This document shows, one piece after another, positions 29,607-39,469 of a DNA stretch of 64,000 nt. The translations under genes and the position numbers were made by a program. Every line of letters begins with the position of its first letter. Position 1 is the stretch's first letter. Below the pieces are notes generated by a model. The model was not told where the DNA came from, searched no databases, and worked only from the letters and a program-made list of their open reading frames with translations. Source of the stretch: a bacterium (GTDB taxonomy: Bacteria; SAR324; NAC60-12); contig OZ242383.1 in assembly GCA_965209155.1 (NCBI GenBank), positions 2,336,001 through 2,400,000 on the forward strand, read 5' to 3'.

Positions 29607-31394
29607 ATGGAAAATAGTGTAACAAGAAAAATCCAATCATTGTTGTTAATTCTCACCCTGACGGTGACCGCCTTTTGGGTCAGCCTGGCCACCGTGACCG
29701 CGCAAGAGATGGTGAGAGACCCGGCAACCGGCGAGATGGTGGAAGCACCTCGCTATGGAGGGACCATCACCTATCCCAATGCCAGGGGTATTGGGGAGCA
29801 TGCTGACTACTGGCATGGTCCCCATATGGCTTTCTCCATTGTCCCTGGTGTGCTCGAGAAGCTCAGCATGCCGAATTGGGCGATAGATAGGGACGTATGG
29901 GACATGAGGAATCTCTATGTCCAGCCCGAACATTTAGTAGGAGCCTTGGCCGAAAGCTGGCAGGTGCCCGACGACTTAACCTATATCTTCTACATCCGCC
30001 AGGGGGTTCGCTGGCACGATAAGGCGCCCATGAACGGTCGAGCTTTTACGGCCCAGGATGTCGTCTATAACGTTCACCGTTGGCTGGGGATAGGCAGCGG
30101 CTTCACGGAACCCAGCCCTAATGCTCACGATTTCGCTGCGATTCCCTTCGAATCGATCACGGCCGAATCCCCGAGAAAGGTGGTGATGAAGCTGAAGCGG
30201 CCCTACTTTACAGCGTTGAAGCTAATCATTGAGTGGTGCTGCATTTTTATCTATCCCCCGGAGGTTATCCAGCAACACGGTGACGCTAAGGATTGGAGGA
30301 ACCTGGTCGGCACCGGGCCGTTTATGCTGACCGACCATGTCGAAGGCAGCTCGCTCACCTATACGAAGAATCCGAACTACTGGGGCTACGATGCAAAGTT
30401 CCCGGAGAACCGCCTGCCCTATATTGACACATTGAGGGTGCTGGAATTGACAGAAGAAGCAACCCGTCTGGCGGCACTGCGCTCGGGTAAGCTTGATTTA
30501 GTAGGTATTCCCGGCATTTCTCAAATAAAGTCGATCGACCAGGCTGAGAGCCTCAGGAGGACCAGCCCCGATCTCAAGCAATGGCCGTTTTTCTTGCGAG
30601 CGGAGACCATTTATTATATGAACGTGAATAACCCGCACTTTTCCGATAAGCGGGTGCGCATCGCCTTGCAGAAGGCGTTACCCCTTGAGGAAATTAACAA
30701 TGGCTACTTTAAGGGGCAAGGCAACTGGATCCCCCACGGGATGGTAGGCGACTCTCTCAAGGGGTATTACATTCCCTATGAGCAGTGGCCCAAAGCCTTG
30801 CAGGAAGAGTTTGCCTATGACCCGGAAGAGGCCGAGAGGCTCCTGGATGAGGCGGGCTATCCGCGGGGCGCGGACGGCGTTCGATTCAAGACCCATGTGC
30901 TGCACTCTATTTCTCGAGATATCGCCTATCCGGAATTAGTGACGGAATACTGGCGTCGGATTGGCGTTGAGGTGGAGATTCGGACCCCGCCTCGGACGGA
31001 GTTGACCGCTATCGCCAGTCAAATGAAACATAAAGCGATGCGTGGTGGAGAGGGGGGCCATCACTATTTGGCTGAGCATGTCGTGGCCCGCTTCTGGGGA
31101 CCCGCGAAAGTATGGAACCCCGCTGTCGTCAAAGACCCTGAGTTTGACAAGATCATTGATGCCCTTCGCGCGGCGAATGACCTCGAGAGTTACCAGAAAT
31201 ACTTCCGAGAGGCAGATATGTACATCACCAAGCAGCATTGGTTCATCTGGGGTCCCGATGCCCCACACTTTCACGTGAGCCAGCCGTGGCTCAAAGGGTA
31301 TAACGGGGAAGGCTCATTTGGAGATTCGAATTGGAAGACCCTCTTCGCCCGCCTCTGGGTTGACCAGGAACTGAAGAAAGAAATGGGGTTCTAG
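29607..31394 (+). CDS. Orphan family 5 (peptide/nickel-type) ABC solute-binding protein
   Basis: AGGAGG RBS, signal peptide, PRYGG, LAESW, GVRWHD, GTGPF; no permease adjacent. Confidence 0.9.
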   Translation: MENSVTRKIQSLLLILTLTVTAFWVSLATVTAQEMVRDPATGEMVEAPRYGGTITYPNARGIGEHADYWHGPHMAFSIVPGVLEKLSMPNWAIDRDVWDMRNLYVQPEHLVGALAESWQVPDDLTYIFYIRQGVRWHDKAPMNGRAFTAQDVVYNVHRWLGIGSGFTEPSPNAHDFAAIPFESITAESPRKVVMKLKRPYFTALKLIIEWCCIFIYPPEVIQQHGDAKDWRNLVGTGPFMLTDHVEGSSLTYTKNPNYWGYDAKFPENRLPYIDTLRVLELTEEATRLAALRSGKLDLVGIPGISQIKSIDQAESLRRTSPDLKQWPFFLRAETIYYMNVNNPHFSDKRVRIALQKALPLEEINNGYFKGQGNWIPHGMVGDSLKGYYIPYEQWPKALQEEFAYDPEEAERLLDEAGYPRGADGVRFKTHVLHSISRDIAYPELVTEYWRRIGVEVEIRTPPRTELTAIASQMKHKAMRGGEGGHHYLAEHVVARFWGPAKVWNPAVVKDPEFDKIIDALRAANDLESYQKYFREADMYITKQHWFIWGPDAPHFHVSQPWLKGYNGEGSFGDSNWKTLFARLWVDQELKKEMGF

Positions 31395-31423
31395 CCGAGT
31401 CCACGCACCTGTTCGCAGGAACG

Positions 31424-31453
31424 ACCCTCCCCTCCGCAGTGCGGGTGGGAGGG
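31424..31453 (+). terminator. GC-rich hairpin downstream of the SBP gene
   Basis: ccctcccctccgc-agt-gcgggtgggaggg; no clear U-tract. Confidence 0.5.
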
Positions 31454-31648
31454 ATCCCACCCGACCGAAAAAACGATATTGTGAAGGTTTATTTTATTGG
31501 AATGGGCGATTTCAGCTTCAAGCGAGGAAGTCAGACTACTGAATTCTCCGTCATGCTGCGGGAAGATAGTGGATTTAAAGGGGTTTAAATGAGATCGTCA
31601 ATTCGCCCCGAGAATGCGATCGAAATGAATGAAATACGCAATACGGCG

Positions 31649-32797
31649 TTATGCTCCAAATAATACGGCGTTTTTTGCAATACCAAGAAATGAAGCAGGC
31701 ATGGCGTCCACATTTTCCGTGATGGGAAAGTGGGTTCTACCGGGATAAATGACAATTATTCGCTCGAGAGATAGTTCTTTCAGTGCAATGCGAATGGAAG
31801 GAGTGATTCTAGGTGTGTCTGTGCGCTTGCACTCAATGCCCCACATGCGTCCTTTTTTACGTAACAAAAGGTCAATTTCCGCCCCTTGATGCGTGCCCCA
31901 AAAAAAGGCTTCCTCTGGTTTCACCAAAGCAAGCACCGATTCAATAATAAATCCTTCCCATGAAGTTCCCACCTTGGGATGACTGAGAAGCGCTTTCTCG
32001 CTTTCGATGCCGAGCAACTGATGGAGCAACCCACTGTCACGTACATAAATTTTTGGAGCTTTGACTTGACGCTTTGCTATATTGACATGGTAGGGCTGCA
32101 GTTGTCGAACCATAAAAGCATCGCTTAATAGATCCAAATACCTGCGGGTGGAAGACTGGCTGACAGAAAGGGCCCCTGCGATTTCTGACCCATTCCAGGT
32201 TTGCCCATGGTAGTGAGCCAACATGTTCCAAAATCGTCTTAAAGTTGTCGTTGGTATCCTTACACCCCATTGAGGGAAATCTCGCTCCAGCAAGGTTTGG
32301 ATAAAATTCTGACGCCCACTGTAACTATCTGCATGGTTTTCTGCCAGGTAGGACAACGGTAAACCTCCTCGTAACCAAAGTTTGATCTCATCTCTTTGTT
32401 TCAGTTCCCATAAGTTAAATCCGCTAAGAGTGATTCTTTCCATGCGACCCGCCAGACTTTCTGAAGATTGGCGCATGAGTTGGCCAGAGGCGCTACCCAG
32501 AATCAGAAATTTGTGCCCACGATCTGCCAATACTCGTAAAACGGGAAATAATTCAGGCCTTTGCTGCACCTCATCAATGACCACCAAACCTTTTAAAGAT
32601 TGCAAGGCAGTGAGAGGTTCATCCAAGCGTGCGAGATCCGTTGGATTTTCCAAGTCAAAATAATTAATGGAGTCTTCCCTTAAAAATTGCTGGGCCAGGG
32701 TGGTTTTACCGGATTGGCGAGGACCAACTAAAAGCGTGACAGGATTACGAGTCAAAGCTCTCTTCAGGTCCGCAAGATATTGAGCGCGAGGAATCAT
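31649..32797 (-). CDS. AAA_14 ATPase with DUF4143 domain
   Basis: GPRQSGKT, IDEVQ, ESLAGR, KIYVRDSG, EIDL...IECK. Confidence 0.9.
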   Translation of the reverse strand: MIPRAQYLADLKRALTRNPVTLLVGPRQSGKTTLAQQFLREDSINYFDLENPTDLARLDEPLTALQSLKGLVVIDEVQQRPELFPVLRVLADRGHKFLILGSASGQLMRQSSESLAGRMERITLSGFNLWELKQRDEIKLWLRGGLPLSYLAENHADSYSGRQNFIQTLLERDFPQWGVRIPTTTLRRFWNMLAHYHGQTWNGSEIAGALSVSQSSTRRYLDLLSDAFMVRQLQPYHVNIAKRQVKAPKIYVRDSGLLHQLLGIESEKALLSHPKVGTSWEGFIIESVLALVKPEEAFFWGTHQGAEIDLLLRKKGRMWGIECKRTDTPRITPSIRIALKELSLERIIVIYPGRTHFPITENVDAMPASFLGIAKNAVLFGA

Positions 32798-32949
32798 AAC
32801 CAATATTACCATGAATATTGTTCATTCGTTACTTAAATTTCATGGTATTTAGGCCTTAGGATCCTGAAATGCGTTTTAAACAGGAAAATGGGGTCTCTCA
32901 TTCTTTATCTTTTCTCGTGCTGCTTGCCATCTGTCCTCAGCCACCCGAT

Positions 32950-33043
32950 ATTCCCTCATCGTGAATTTCAATCGACCAGAAAGTGCCAACGCGTTGAATC
33001 GCGGATTCATGGAAGAAATTGAACATGTGTCCAAAAGCTTTTT
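32950..33043 (+). pseudogene. Short enoyl-CoA hydratase N-terminal fragment
   Basis: SLIVNFNRPESANALNRGFMEEIEHV. Confidence 0.5.
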
Positions 33044-33463
33044 ATATAATGCTTTCCAATCTCCTGCATCATAAGTATACACTTTAGTGATCCCCGCTTC
33101 CAATGCTATCGCCGCATGCCTGGCATCATGAGTTCGACGAGCTTTCAGACCATATTTTTTTGCTTAATCCAGCATTTTTAATGAAGCTTTCAATCCAGAG
33201 GCCATCACTTGAATTTGAGAGGGAGTTTCAATTAATGATCTAACGGCATCAGCTGCTTCCTCTGGAGAATGAGTCGGTTGCGCCCCTATCCAAGTCAATG
33301 CTGCATAAACTTCACTCAAAATGCCAGTTGTCGTACAATCGCCTATCCTTCCGGCTCTTGCAGCCTCCACTAATGGGCGAGCCTCTGAATGACGTCCATC
33401 CCCCTGTAATAACGCACCAATGAACATTCCTGCATCAAATAAGATCAAATCACTCTGACTCAT
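33044..33463 (-). pseudogene. PIN-domain toxin with in-frame stop at 33164
   Basis: ILFDAGMFI...ILSEVYA...MLD*AKKYGL...HDARHAAIALEAGITKVYTYD. Confidence 0.82.
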
Positions 33464-33668
33464 GATAAATGGCTTCTTTCCAACCTTTTGGAATATGCCC
33501 TTTTAAAACAGGTAAAGGTTTCAATTGAGACTTAGGGCGTATAATAATTTCATTCCCATTCGGCAATTGTACCGTCACACTTTGCTGCTCTGACGATATT
33601 GATAGTAAAATGTGCTCAACCGGGAGTTTTTTGAACTCTGCTAAAGTTAAATATTCTGGAAATGACAT
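33450..33668 (-). CDS. Putative antitoxin
   Basis: 72 aa, overlaps the PIN start, GGAGG RBS. Confidence 0.65.
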   Translation of the reverse strand: MSFPEYLTLAEFKKLPVEHILLSISSEQQSVTVQLPNGNEIIIRPKSQLKPLPVLKGHIPKGWKEAIYHESE

Positions 33669-33922
33669 GTTATCCTCCGGTGAAATTTTTTATGGGAAAG
33701 TTGTTACTTTTTTATATCACAGTAGATATCAAGGGGCGAGAGAAAACGGGGGACATGTACTTTTTTGCTACGTATCCCCGGTTTTTCCGGTTTATGCTAA
33801 TGGCACGTTTCAAAATCTAAATGGTAATACCATGAATATTTTTATCATCGGCTCGAACACCCTCGACCATTCCCTGGTCGATTATATCATCAGTGGTAAC
33901 TATTCATGTATCTTCAGAGAAC

Positions 33923-34246
33923 CCATCGATTTAAGCACAGGTTTTGCCTGGCATAGAGTCCGGAAAGGACTTTATGCTCTCGGTGGAGTGAACCTTCACT
34001 TTCTGGCTCATGATCATAAAGAAGCGGATCTCCCTGATTGATAGATTTTTAATTTTTTTACGAATCCTGCATTTTTTTTTAATTTGGGGGTTGACATTAT
34101 GCAAGTAGTAGTAGTAGTGCTAAAATCATACCATCACTAAGTTGTTTTAGTGAAAGAAGAGGGTTTCCGATCGATGGAACAATATCGTGGGAGGACTTGA
34201 AAACGATCGCTCCTCTCCGGGAATCTTTTTAATGATATTTAACTGA
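33923..34246 (+). repeat. Promoter/leader cassette, copy 2 (with IS66 5' remnant)
   Basis: Matches 28816-28877 joined to 29052-29316; TTGACA (34091) and TGnTAAAAT. Confidence 0.85.
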
Positions 34247-34282
34247 ATCGTTTTTTAACCACTCCAAAATGAAGGAGATCCA

Positions 34283-34336
34283 ATGTGTAGAGAAATCCTC
34301 GACAACCTGCTTTCGGGAATGAAAGCAGGTTTTTAA
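34283..34336 (+). other. 17-codon leader ORF overlapping a terminator-like hairpin
   Basis: AAGGAG RBS, MCREILDNLLSGMKAGF*; perfect stem aacctgctttc/gaaagcaggtt ending in a T run. Confidence 0.55.
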
Positions 34337-34499
34337 ATCAACCCACAATCTTGTTTTTATTCAAAAAGCAGAAAGGAGCACCATGAACCGTCAAAGAAGT
34401 AGAAGCATCGTCGAGAACGTGCTTTCGGGAATGAAGGCAGGTTTCAAATCAATCCTTAATTCTCAACATCTCGAAAAGGAAAAATTGATAGGAGGACTT

Positions 34500-35720
34500 A
34501 TGCTGAAAAAATCATTCTTAATGAAAAAATTAATTAGACGTATTTTACTGGCGTCCCTGGTAGGGACGATGGCCCTGGGAGTGACGGCCGCGCAAGCCGG
34601 CACCATCAAGGTCGGTATCACCTTTAATATGGTCTCCGAGACCGGCGAGAAGATGGGCCAAATGGTTATGGATGAGTTTGCGAAACAGAACGAGTTGGGC
34701 GGCATCAACGGCCATCAGCTCAAGCCCATCTTAATGAGGTCCGATTGTAAGACGGATAAGGGCGTCGCCAACGTGTCAAAGTTCGTCCACCAGGACAAGG
34801 TTCATCTGATTATTGGTGCGACCTGCAGTGGGGTGACTATAGCGAGCATGGAAGTAAGTAGAAAGGCGGGAGTGCCCCAAATAACCCCGCATTCGACAAA
34901 CGAAACGATCACTATGAAGGGCAACCCATGGATTTTTCGATCGTCCATCTCCGGCCGTTTCGGTGGAACCGTCCTCCCCAGGTGGACCTCGGAGAACGTC
35001 GGCACCAACATCGCCTACGTATATAGCAGCGATGCGGCAGCCCAAGGATTTATGAAGACGTTCAAGGGTTATTTGAAGAAGCACTATGGCGTTGATCCGG
35101 CAGGATCTTTTATGGTGCCTGAAGATTCGATCGACGTCCGCGCTCAGCTGCTCAAGGCTAAGGCTACTGACGCTGATGCCATTTTGATAGGTGGCCTTCC
35201 AGCGGTGGTGGGGCGCTGGTTCCGGCAAGCCAAAGAGGTGGGCATCAAGGTCCCCCTCTTCAGCGGGAATGGCATATCGAACGTGAGCGTTCCCAAAGCA
35301 GCGGGCGACTCAATCGTCGGCGCTTGGTTCGATGCCGCGTACACTGGGTACGACCCCCGCCCGATCGCACGACTGTTCAACGAGATGACCAAAGAGAAGT
35401 ACGGCATCCCTTTTCCGGGCCAGGACCTCGCGCAAGCCTGGGACGTAAGCCAGATCGTATTCGCTGCCCTCAAGAGAGCCAAACTCACCCTCACTGACGC
35501 CTCGCTCGCTGACGACCGCACGGCAATTCGCGATGCTCTCGCCGCCACTCGTAATTACATGGGGCTGGCATCGGGCCCGATCAGCTTCTGCAAGGATCCG
35601 TCGCCACAGTGTCGTGACGGAGCACGGACCCCGGTAATGGTTCGCTACACCAAGGGCGGTGAAAACTTCCAAATAGAGCTCATTGATCGTCCAACCCAGG
35701 ATATCGACACTGGTCTCTAA
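34500..35720 (+). CDS. Branched-chain amino acid-type ABC solute-binding protein
   Basis: AGGAGG RBS, signal peptide (AAQA), GGINGH, IIGATCS. Confidence 0.9.
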   Translation: MLKKSFLMKKLIRRILLASLVGTMALGVTAAQAGTIKVGITFNMVSETGEKMGQMVMDEFAKQNELGGINGHQLKPILMRSDCKTDKGVANVSKFVHQDKVHLIIGATCSGVTIASMEVSRKAGVPQITPHSTNETITMKGNPWIFRSSISGRFGGTVLPRWTSENVGTNIAYVYSSDAAAQGFMKTFKGYLKKHYGVDPAGSFMVPEDSIDVRAQLLKAKATDADAILIGGLPAVVGRWFRQAKEVGIKVPLFSGNGISNVSVPKAAGDSIVGAWFDAAYTGYDPRPIARLFNEMTKEKYGIPFPGQDLAQAWDVSQIVFAALKRAKLTLTDASLADDRTAIRDALAATRNYMGLASGPISFCKDPSPQCRDGARTPVMVRYTKGGENFQIELIDRPTQDIDTGL

Positions 35721-35733
35721 CAGTTAACGTTTA

Positions 35734-35761
35734 GCCAGGGCGGGACCTTTCCCGCCCTGGC
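35734..35761 (+). terminator. Intercistronic hairpin after the SBP gene
   Basis: gccagggcggga-cctt-tcccgccctggc perfect stem. Confidence 0.65.
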
Positions 35762-35855
35762 CATCAACCCCCAATCAGCGCAATTATGATGTCAGCGTTG
35801 AGAGAGTTGGCACGTCGCTTACTGAGAGAACCATTGCAAACCGGAGCATCTACAT

Positions 35856-36878
35856 ATGATTGACAAAGCCCGAACAGCCACCGCCTCACTGCGCGGGGGA
35901 CTGTACTCGCTGCATCCGCTCGCGCCGTGGGTGCTGTCCGGCATCGTGCTGGTCCCGGTGCCATGGCTCGTGCTGAACGAGTACCAGATCTACCTGGTCG
36001 ACTTCACTTGCGTGATGATCCTGGCCTCAGTTGGCCTCAACATCATCAAGGGCTTTGCAGGCCAGGTCACCGTCGGACACATCGGTCTCTTTGCGATTGG
36101 GGCCTACTCCTCGGCCATTCTGTCACTCAACTTCGGGTTTCCGTTCTGGCTCTCACTGCCCTGTGCGGTGGCGATCACCGCGATGGCGGGCTTGATCGTC
36201 GGGATCCCCTCATTCCGGCTCGAAGGCGCCTATCTGGCACTAGTGACCCTTGGCCTCAGTGAATCAGTCCGTATCTTTATCATTGTGACGCCTTATCTCG
36301 GCGGGACCATAGGCATCGGCAACATCCCGGCGCCCCAGATCGGGGACTTCGCCTTTGACAACTGGACCCGGTATTACTTCCTGCTGATGCCGATAACCTT
36401 GCTCGGCATCTACTGCTCTTTTCGCATTCTGGGCTCGAGGGTGGGACGTGCGTTCAAGGCTCTGCGCGAGGATCCGATCGCTGCGGCCGCGGCCGGTATA
36501 AACGTGCGCCGCTACAAGCTGCTGGCTTTTTTTATAAGCGCTATCTACGCAGGCACCGCGGGCGTTATGTGGGCTCACATGGATCCAGGCTATATCAGCC
36601 CCAACAGCATCACCCTCCTCGAGATGGTGACCATGCTGCTGATAGTGGTACTCGGCGGCATCGGCAACATCTGGGGGGGCATCATCGGCGCGATCATCGT
36701 CACCATCGTCCACGACCTCACCGCTCCTTATCCCTGGTATCAGTTTGTGCTCTACGGAGGGTTCATCGTCATCACCGTGTTGTACATGCCAAAGGGAATT
36801 GGAGGCCTTATCGAGCGATACTTTGTCACCCGCCGCTTCATCGAGGCACGCAACCGGAGGCTCAGCGATGCTACTTAG
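35856..36878 (+). CDS. LivM-type ABC permease
   Basis: GFAGQVTVGH, YLALVTLG, VVLGG. Confidence 0.92.
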   Translation: MIDKARTATASLRGGLYSLHPLAPWVLSGIVLVPVPWLVLNEYQIYLVDFTCVMILASVGLNIIKGFAGQVTVGHIGLFAIGAYSSAILSLNFGFPFWLSLPCAVAITAMAGLIVGIPSFRLEGAYLALVTLGLSESVRIFIIVTPYLGGTIGIGNIPAPQIGDFAFDNWTRYYFLLMPITLLGIYCSFRILGSRVGRAFKALREDPIAAAAAGINVRRYKLLAFFISAIYAGTAGVMWAHMDPGYISPNSITLLEMVTMLLIVVLGGIGNIWGGIIGAIIVTIVHDLTAPYPWYQFVLYGGFIVITVLYMPKGIGGLIERYFVTRRFIEARNRRLSDAT

Positions 36879-37677
36879 GACAGAGCAGCTCAGCAAGCAA
36901 TTCGACGGTCTGCTCGCAATCTCAAACGTTGATTTCGAGCTCGCCGAGGGAGAGGTCCGGGGTCTCATCGGTCCCAATGGCTCCGGCAAGAGCACATTCT
37001 TCAACCTGGTCTCTGGAATCTACAAGCCCGACACAGGTCGGGTGTGGTTCCAGGACGAGGAGATCACCGGATTGGAATCCCATCTCACGGCCGAGCGTGG
37101 GATTGCCCGGACCTTTCAACTCCTGCGCATGTTTACGGAGATGACGGTGCTTGAGAATCTGATGGTAGGCCATCATGTACACGGAAATTACAATGCACTG
37201 GCGGCGACGTTCGGGCTTCGCCATGTCTGCGAGGAGGACGCTCGGGTGCGCGAAGAGATGATGGACCTGCTGTCCACCATCGGGCTTGTAGACTACGCGG
37301 AACTGCCCGCCTCGGAGCTTTCGATCGGACAACGCCGACTGCTAGCACTTGGTCGTGCGATGGCGATGCGCCCGAAACTCCTGCTGCTGGACGAGCCAGC
37401 GGCGGGGCTGAGCCCACTCAACGTGGACAATATGATGCGGATCGTGATGGAACTCAGGGACCGTTACGGACTGACGGTGGTCATCATTGAGCATATCCTG
37501 CGGGTGGTGATGGAGGTATGCGAGCGGGTCACGGTGCTTGACCACGGCCAGAAAATCTCCGAGGGCACGCCTGATCAGGTCAAGGAGGACCCTGCGGTGG
37601 TGGAGGCCTATCTCGGGCAGGAGATAAAAGACACCGAGCTGCAAGCTGCCTTGAAATCTAAAGCCGAGGTCGTCTGA
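36868..37677 (+). CDS. LivG-type ABC ATP-binding protein
   Basis: GPNGSGKS, RTFQ, LLDEPAAG, VVEAYLG. Confidence 0.93.
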   Translation: MLLRTEQLSKQFDGLLAISNVDFELAEGEVRGLIGPNGSGKSTFFNLVSGIYKPDTGRVWFQDEEITGLESHLTAERGIARTFQLLRMFTEMTVLENLMVGHHVHGNYNALAATFGLRHVCEEDARVREEMMDLLSTIGLVDYAELPASELSIGQRRLLALGRAMAMRPKLLLLDEPAAGLSPLNVDNMMRIVMELRDRYGLTVVIIEHILRVVMEVCERVTVLDHGQKISEGTPDQVKEDPAVVEAYLGQEIKDTELQAALKSKAEVV

Positions 37678-37678
37678 C

Positions 37679-38569
37679 ATGTTCTTCAATTTCATCATTA
37701 TTGGTCTGTCACTAGGCATTGTCTACGGGTTGGTCGCGCTTGGGATCTCGCTCATCTACCGCGGAATCGACGTTGTCCACTTCGCCCAGGGCGAAATCTT
37801 CATGCTTGGTGCATTCGTGGGCCTCGTCGCCTTGAAATTACATGAAGGCAGCGTGCCTTACTGGCTGGCGCTGATTGTAACGACCATCTTTATTGGGATT
37901 TTAGGTGTTGTGATAGAGCGCGTGTTCTACCGGCGTTTAACCGAGGGCGGTGGCGGCTATACCGTCGCCGGAATGGGCATCATCATCTGCGGATTCGGCA
38001 TGTCGATGGTGCTGATGGGCATCGCCTTCATTATATGGGGTGCTGAGCATAAGAGCTACCCGGTTGAGTTCGGTCCCGCCATCTTTCTGGGCGAGATCTT
38101 CCTGCCGAGGACCTACATCTGGATCGCGGTGGTGGGATTAGTGATAATGATTGGGCTCTCCTTTTTCTTGTACAAGACCAAACTCGGGCTCGCCGCTCGC
38201 GCAGTCGCGTTTAGCAGGGAGACTGCGTACCTTATGGGGGTCAACGTGCCACTTATGATCTCGCTCATCTTCGGGCTCGGCTGCGCGGTGACGGGAGCTG
38301 CGGGGGTGCTTATCGCCCCTATCCTCTTCGCCCAAATCCAAATGGGTTATGTCATGATATTGAAGGCGTTCGCGGCAGCGGTGGTCGGTGGTTTTGGCAG
38401 CCTGCCTGGCGCCATTATTGGGGGCCTGATAGTCGGCTTGTTCGAGACGTTGTGTGCGGGTTACCTGTGGGATGAATACAAGGACATTTACGCTTTCTTC
38501 CTGATGCTCGTGGTGCTAATGATCCGGCCCTCCGGCATGCTAGGCATCAACGTCAAGGTCAAGGCATGA
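37679..38569 (+). CDS. LivH-type ABC permease
   Basis: YGLVALG, HFAQGE, KAFAAAVVGGFGS, RPSG. Confidence 0.92.
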   Translation: MFFNFIIIGLSLGIVYGLVALGISLIYRGIDVVHFAQGEIFMLGAFVGLVALKLHEGSVPYWLALIVTTIFIGILGVVIERVFYRRLTEGGGGYTVAGMGIIICGFGMSMVLMGIAFIIWGAEHKSYPVEFGPAIFLGEIFLPRTYIWIAVVGLVIMIGLSFFLYKTKLGLAARAVAFSRETAYLMGVNVPLMISLIFGLGCAVTGAAGVLIAPILFAQIQMGYVMILKAFAAAVVGGFGSLPGAIIGGLIVGLFETLCAGYLWDEYKDIYAFFLMLVVLMIRPSGMLGINVKVKA

Positions 38570-38743
38570 TGCGCCGCTCCCATCACTACGTTTTCCCAGG
38601 GGAACTTGTTTTTTTCGAAGTCTGAGACGGATGTATAGAATAGAGCTTAAAGAATTAGAAAAAAGTATGACAACTCTGATACATTATTTTGATGAAACTG
38701 AAATGCTCGGAACATCTATTCGAGAAAGTGGAAAGGCTGTCTG

Positions 38744-39469
38744 GTGTTAAAGATTCGAGATCTCGAGACCGGCTACGGCAAGGTCAAGATCCTTCACGGA
38801 GTCGATTTGACGGTTCCAAATGGTGGCATCGTGGCACTTCTTGGGGGAAACGGCACCGGCAAGTCCACCCTCCTTAAGTGTGTCTCGGGACTGCTCAGGG
38901 CGTGGAGCGGCACCATCGAGTTCAACGGCCAGCCGATCAGCAGGTTGAGACCTGACCGTATTGTGCGCCTCGGGCTGGTCCAGGTCACTCAGAGCAAGGA
39001 CTCCTTCCCGGTATTGACAGTCGAGGAGAACCTCCGGATGGGGGCTTACACCCGCAGTGATCGAGCCAGCATTGCCGAGGACATGGACAAGGTCTTCGAC
39101 TATTTCCCTGTACTTAAGGAGCGCCGCTCGCAACTTGCGGCGACCTTGAGCGGTGGCGAGATCCAGATGATGGTGATCGGCCGGGGTCTGATGGCGCGAC
39201 CGAAGATGATCATGTTCGACGAGCCGAGTGCCGCGCTCTCGCCAAAGGTGGTGCTCGACATCTGCACTGCGATCGGCCGCATCCGCGACGAGGGGCTCAC
39301 CATCCTGTTGGTGGAGCAGAACGTGCGCCTGGCGCTGATGCTGGCAGATTACGGCTACGTCATCCGCGACGGGCGGATCGACATCGAAGGCAAGTCAGAC
39401 CGTCTCATAGACGCCGATGCGGTGCGCGAGGCCCACTTCGGCGGCACCGTCGCGGGAGTTCAAGAATGA
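38744..39469 (+). CDS. LivF-type ABC ATP-binding protein
   Basis: GGNGTGKS, TLSGGE, DEPS, LVEQN. Confidence 0.92.
   Translation: MLKIRDLETGYGKVKILHGVDLTVPNGGIVALLGGNGTGKSTLLKCVSGLLRAWSGTIEFNGQPISRLRPDRIVRLGLVQVTQSKDSFPVLTVEENLRMGAYTRSDRASIAEDMDKVFDYFPVLKERRSQLAATLSGGEIQMMVIGRGLMARPKMIMFDEPSAALSPKVVLDICTAIGRIRDEGLTILLVEQNVRLALMLADYGYVIRDGRIDIEGKSDRLIDADAVREAHFGGTVAGVQE

Noticed and set aside
36264..37004. Long antisense ORFs (also 5282-5911, 49690-50388, 56898-57494)
   Set aside because: Shadow frames opposite well-supported genes, with no recognisable motifs
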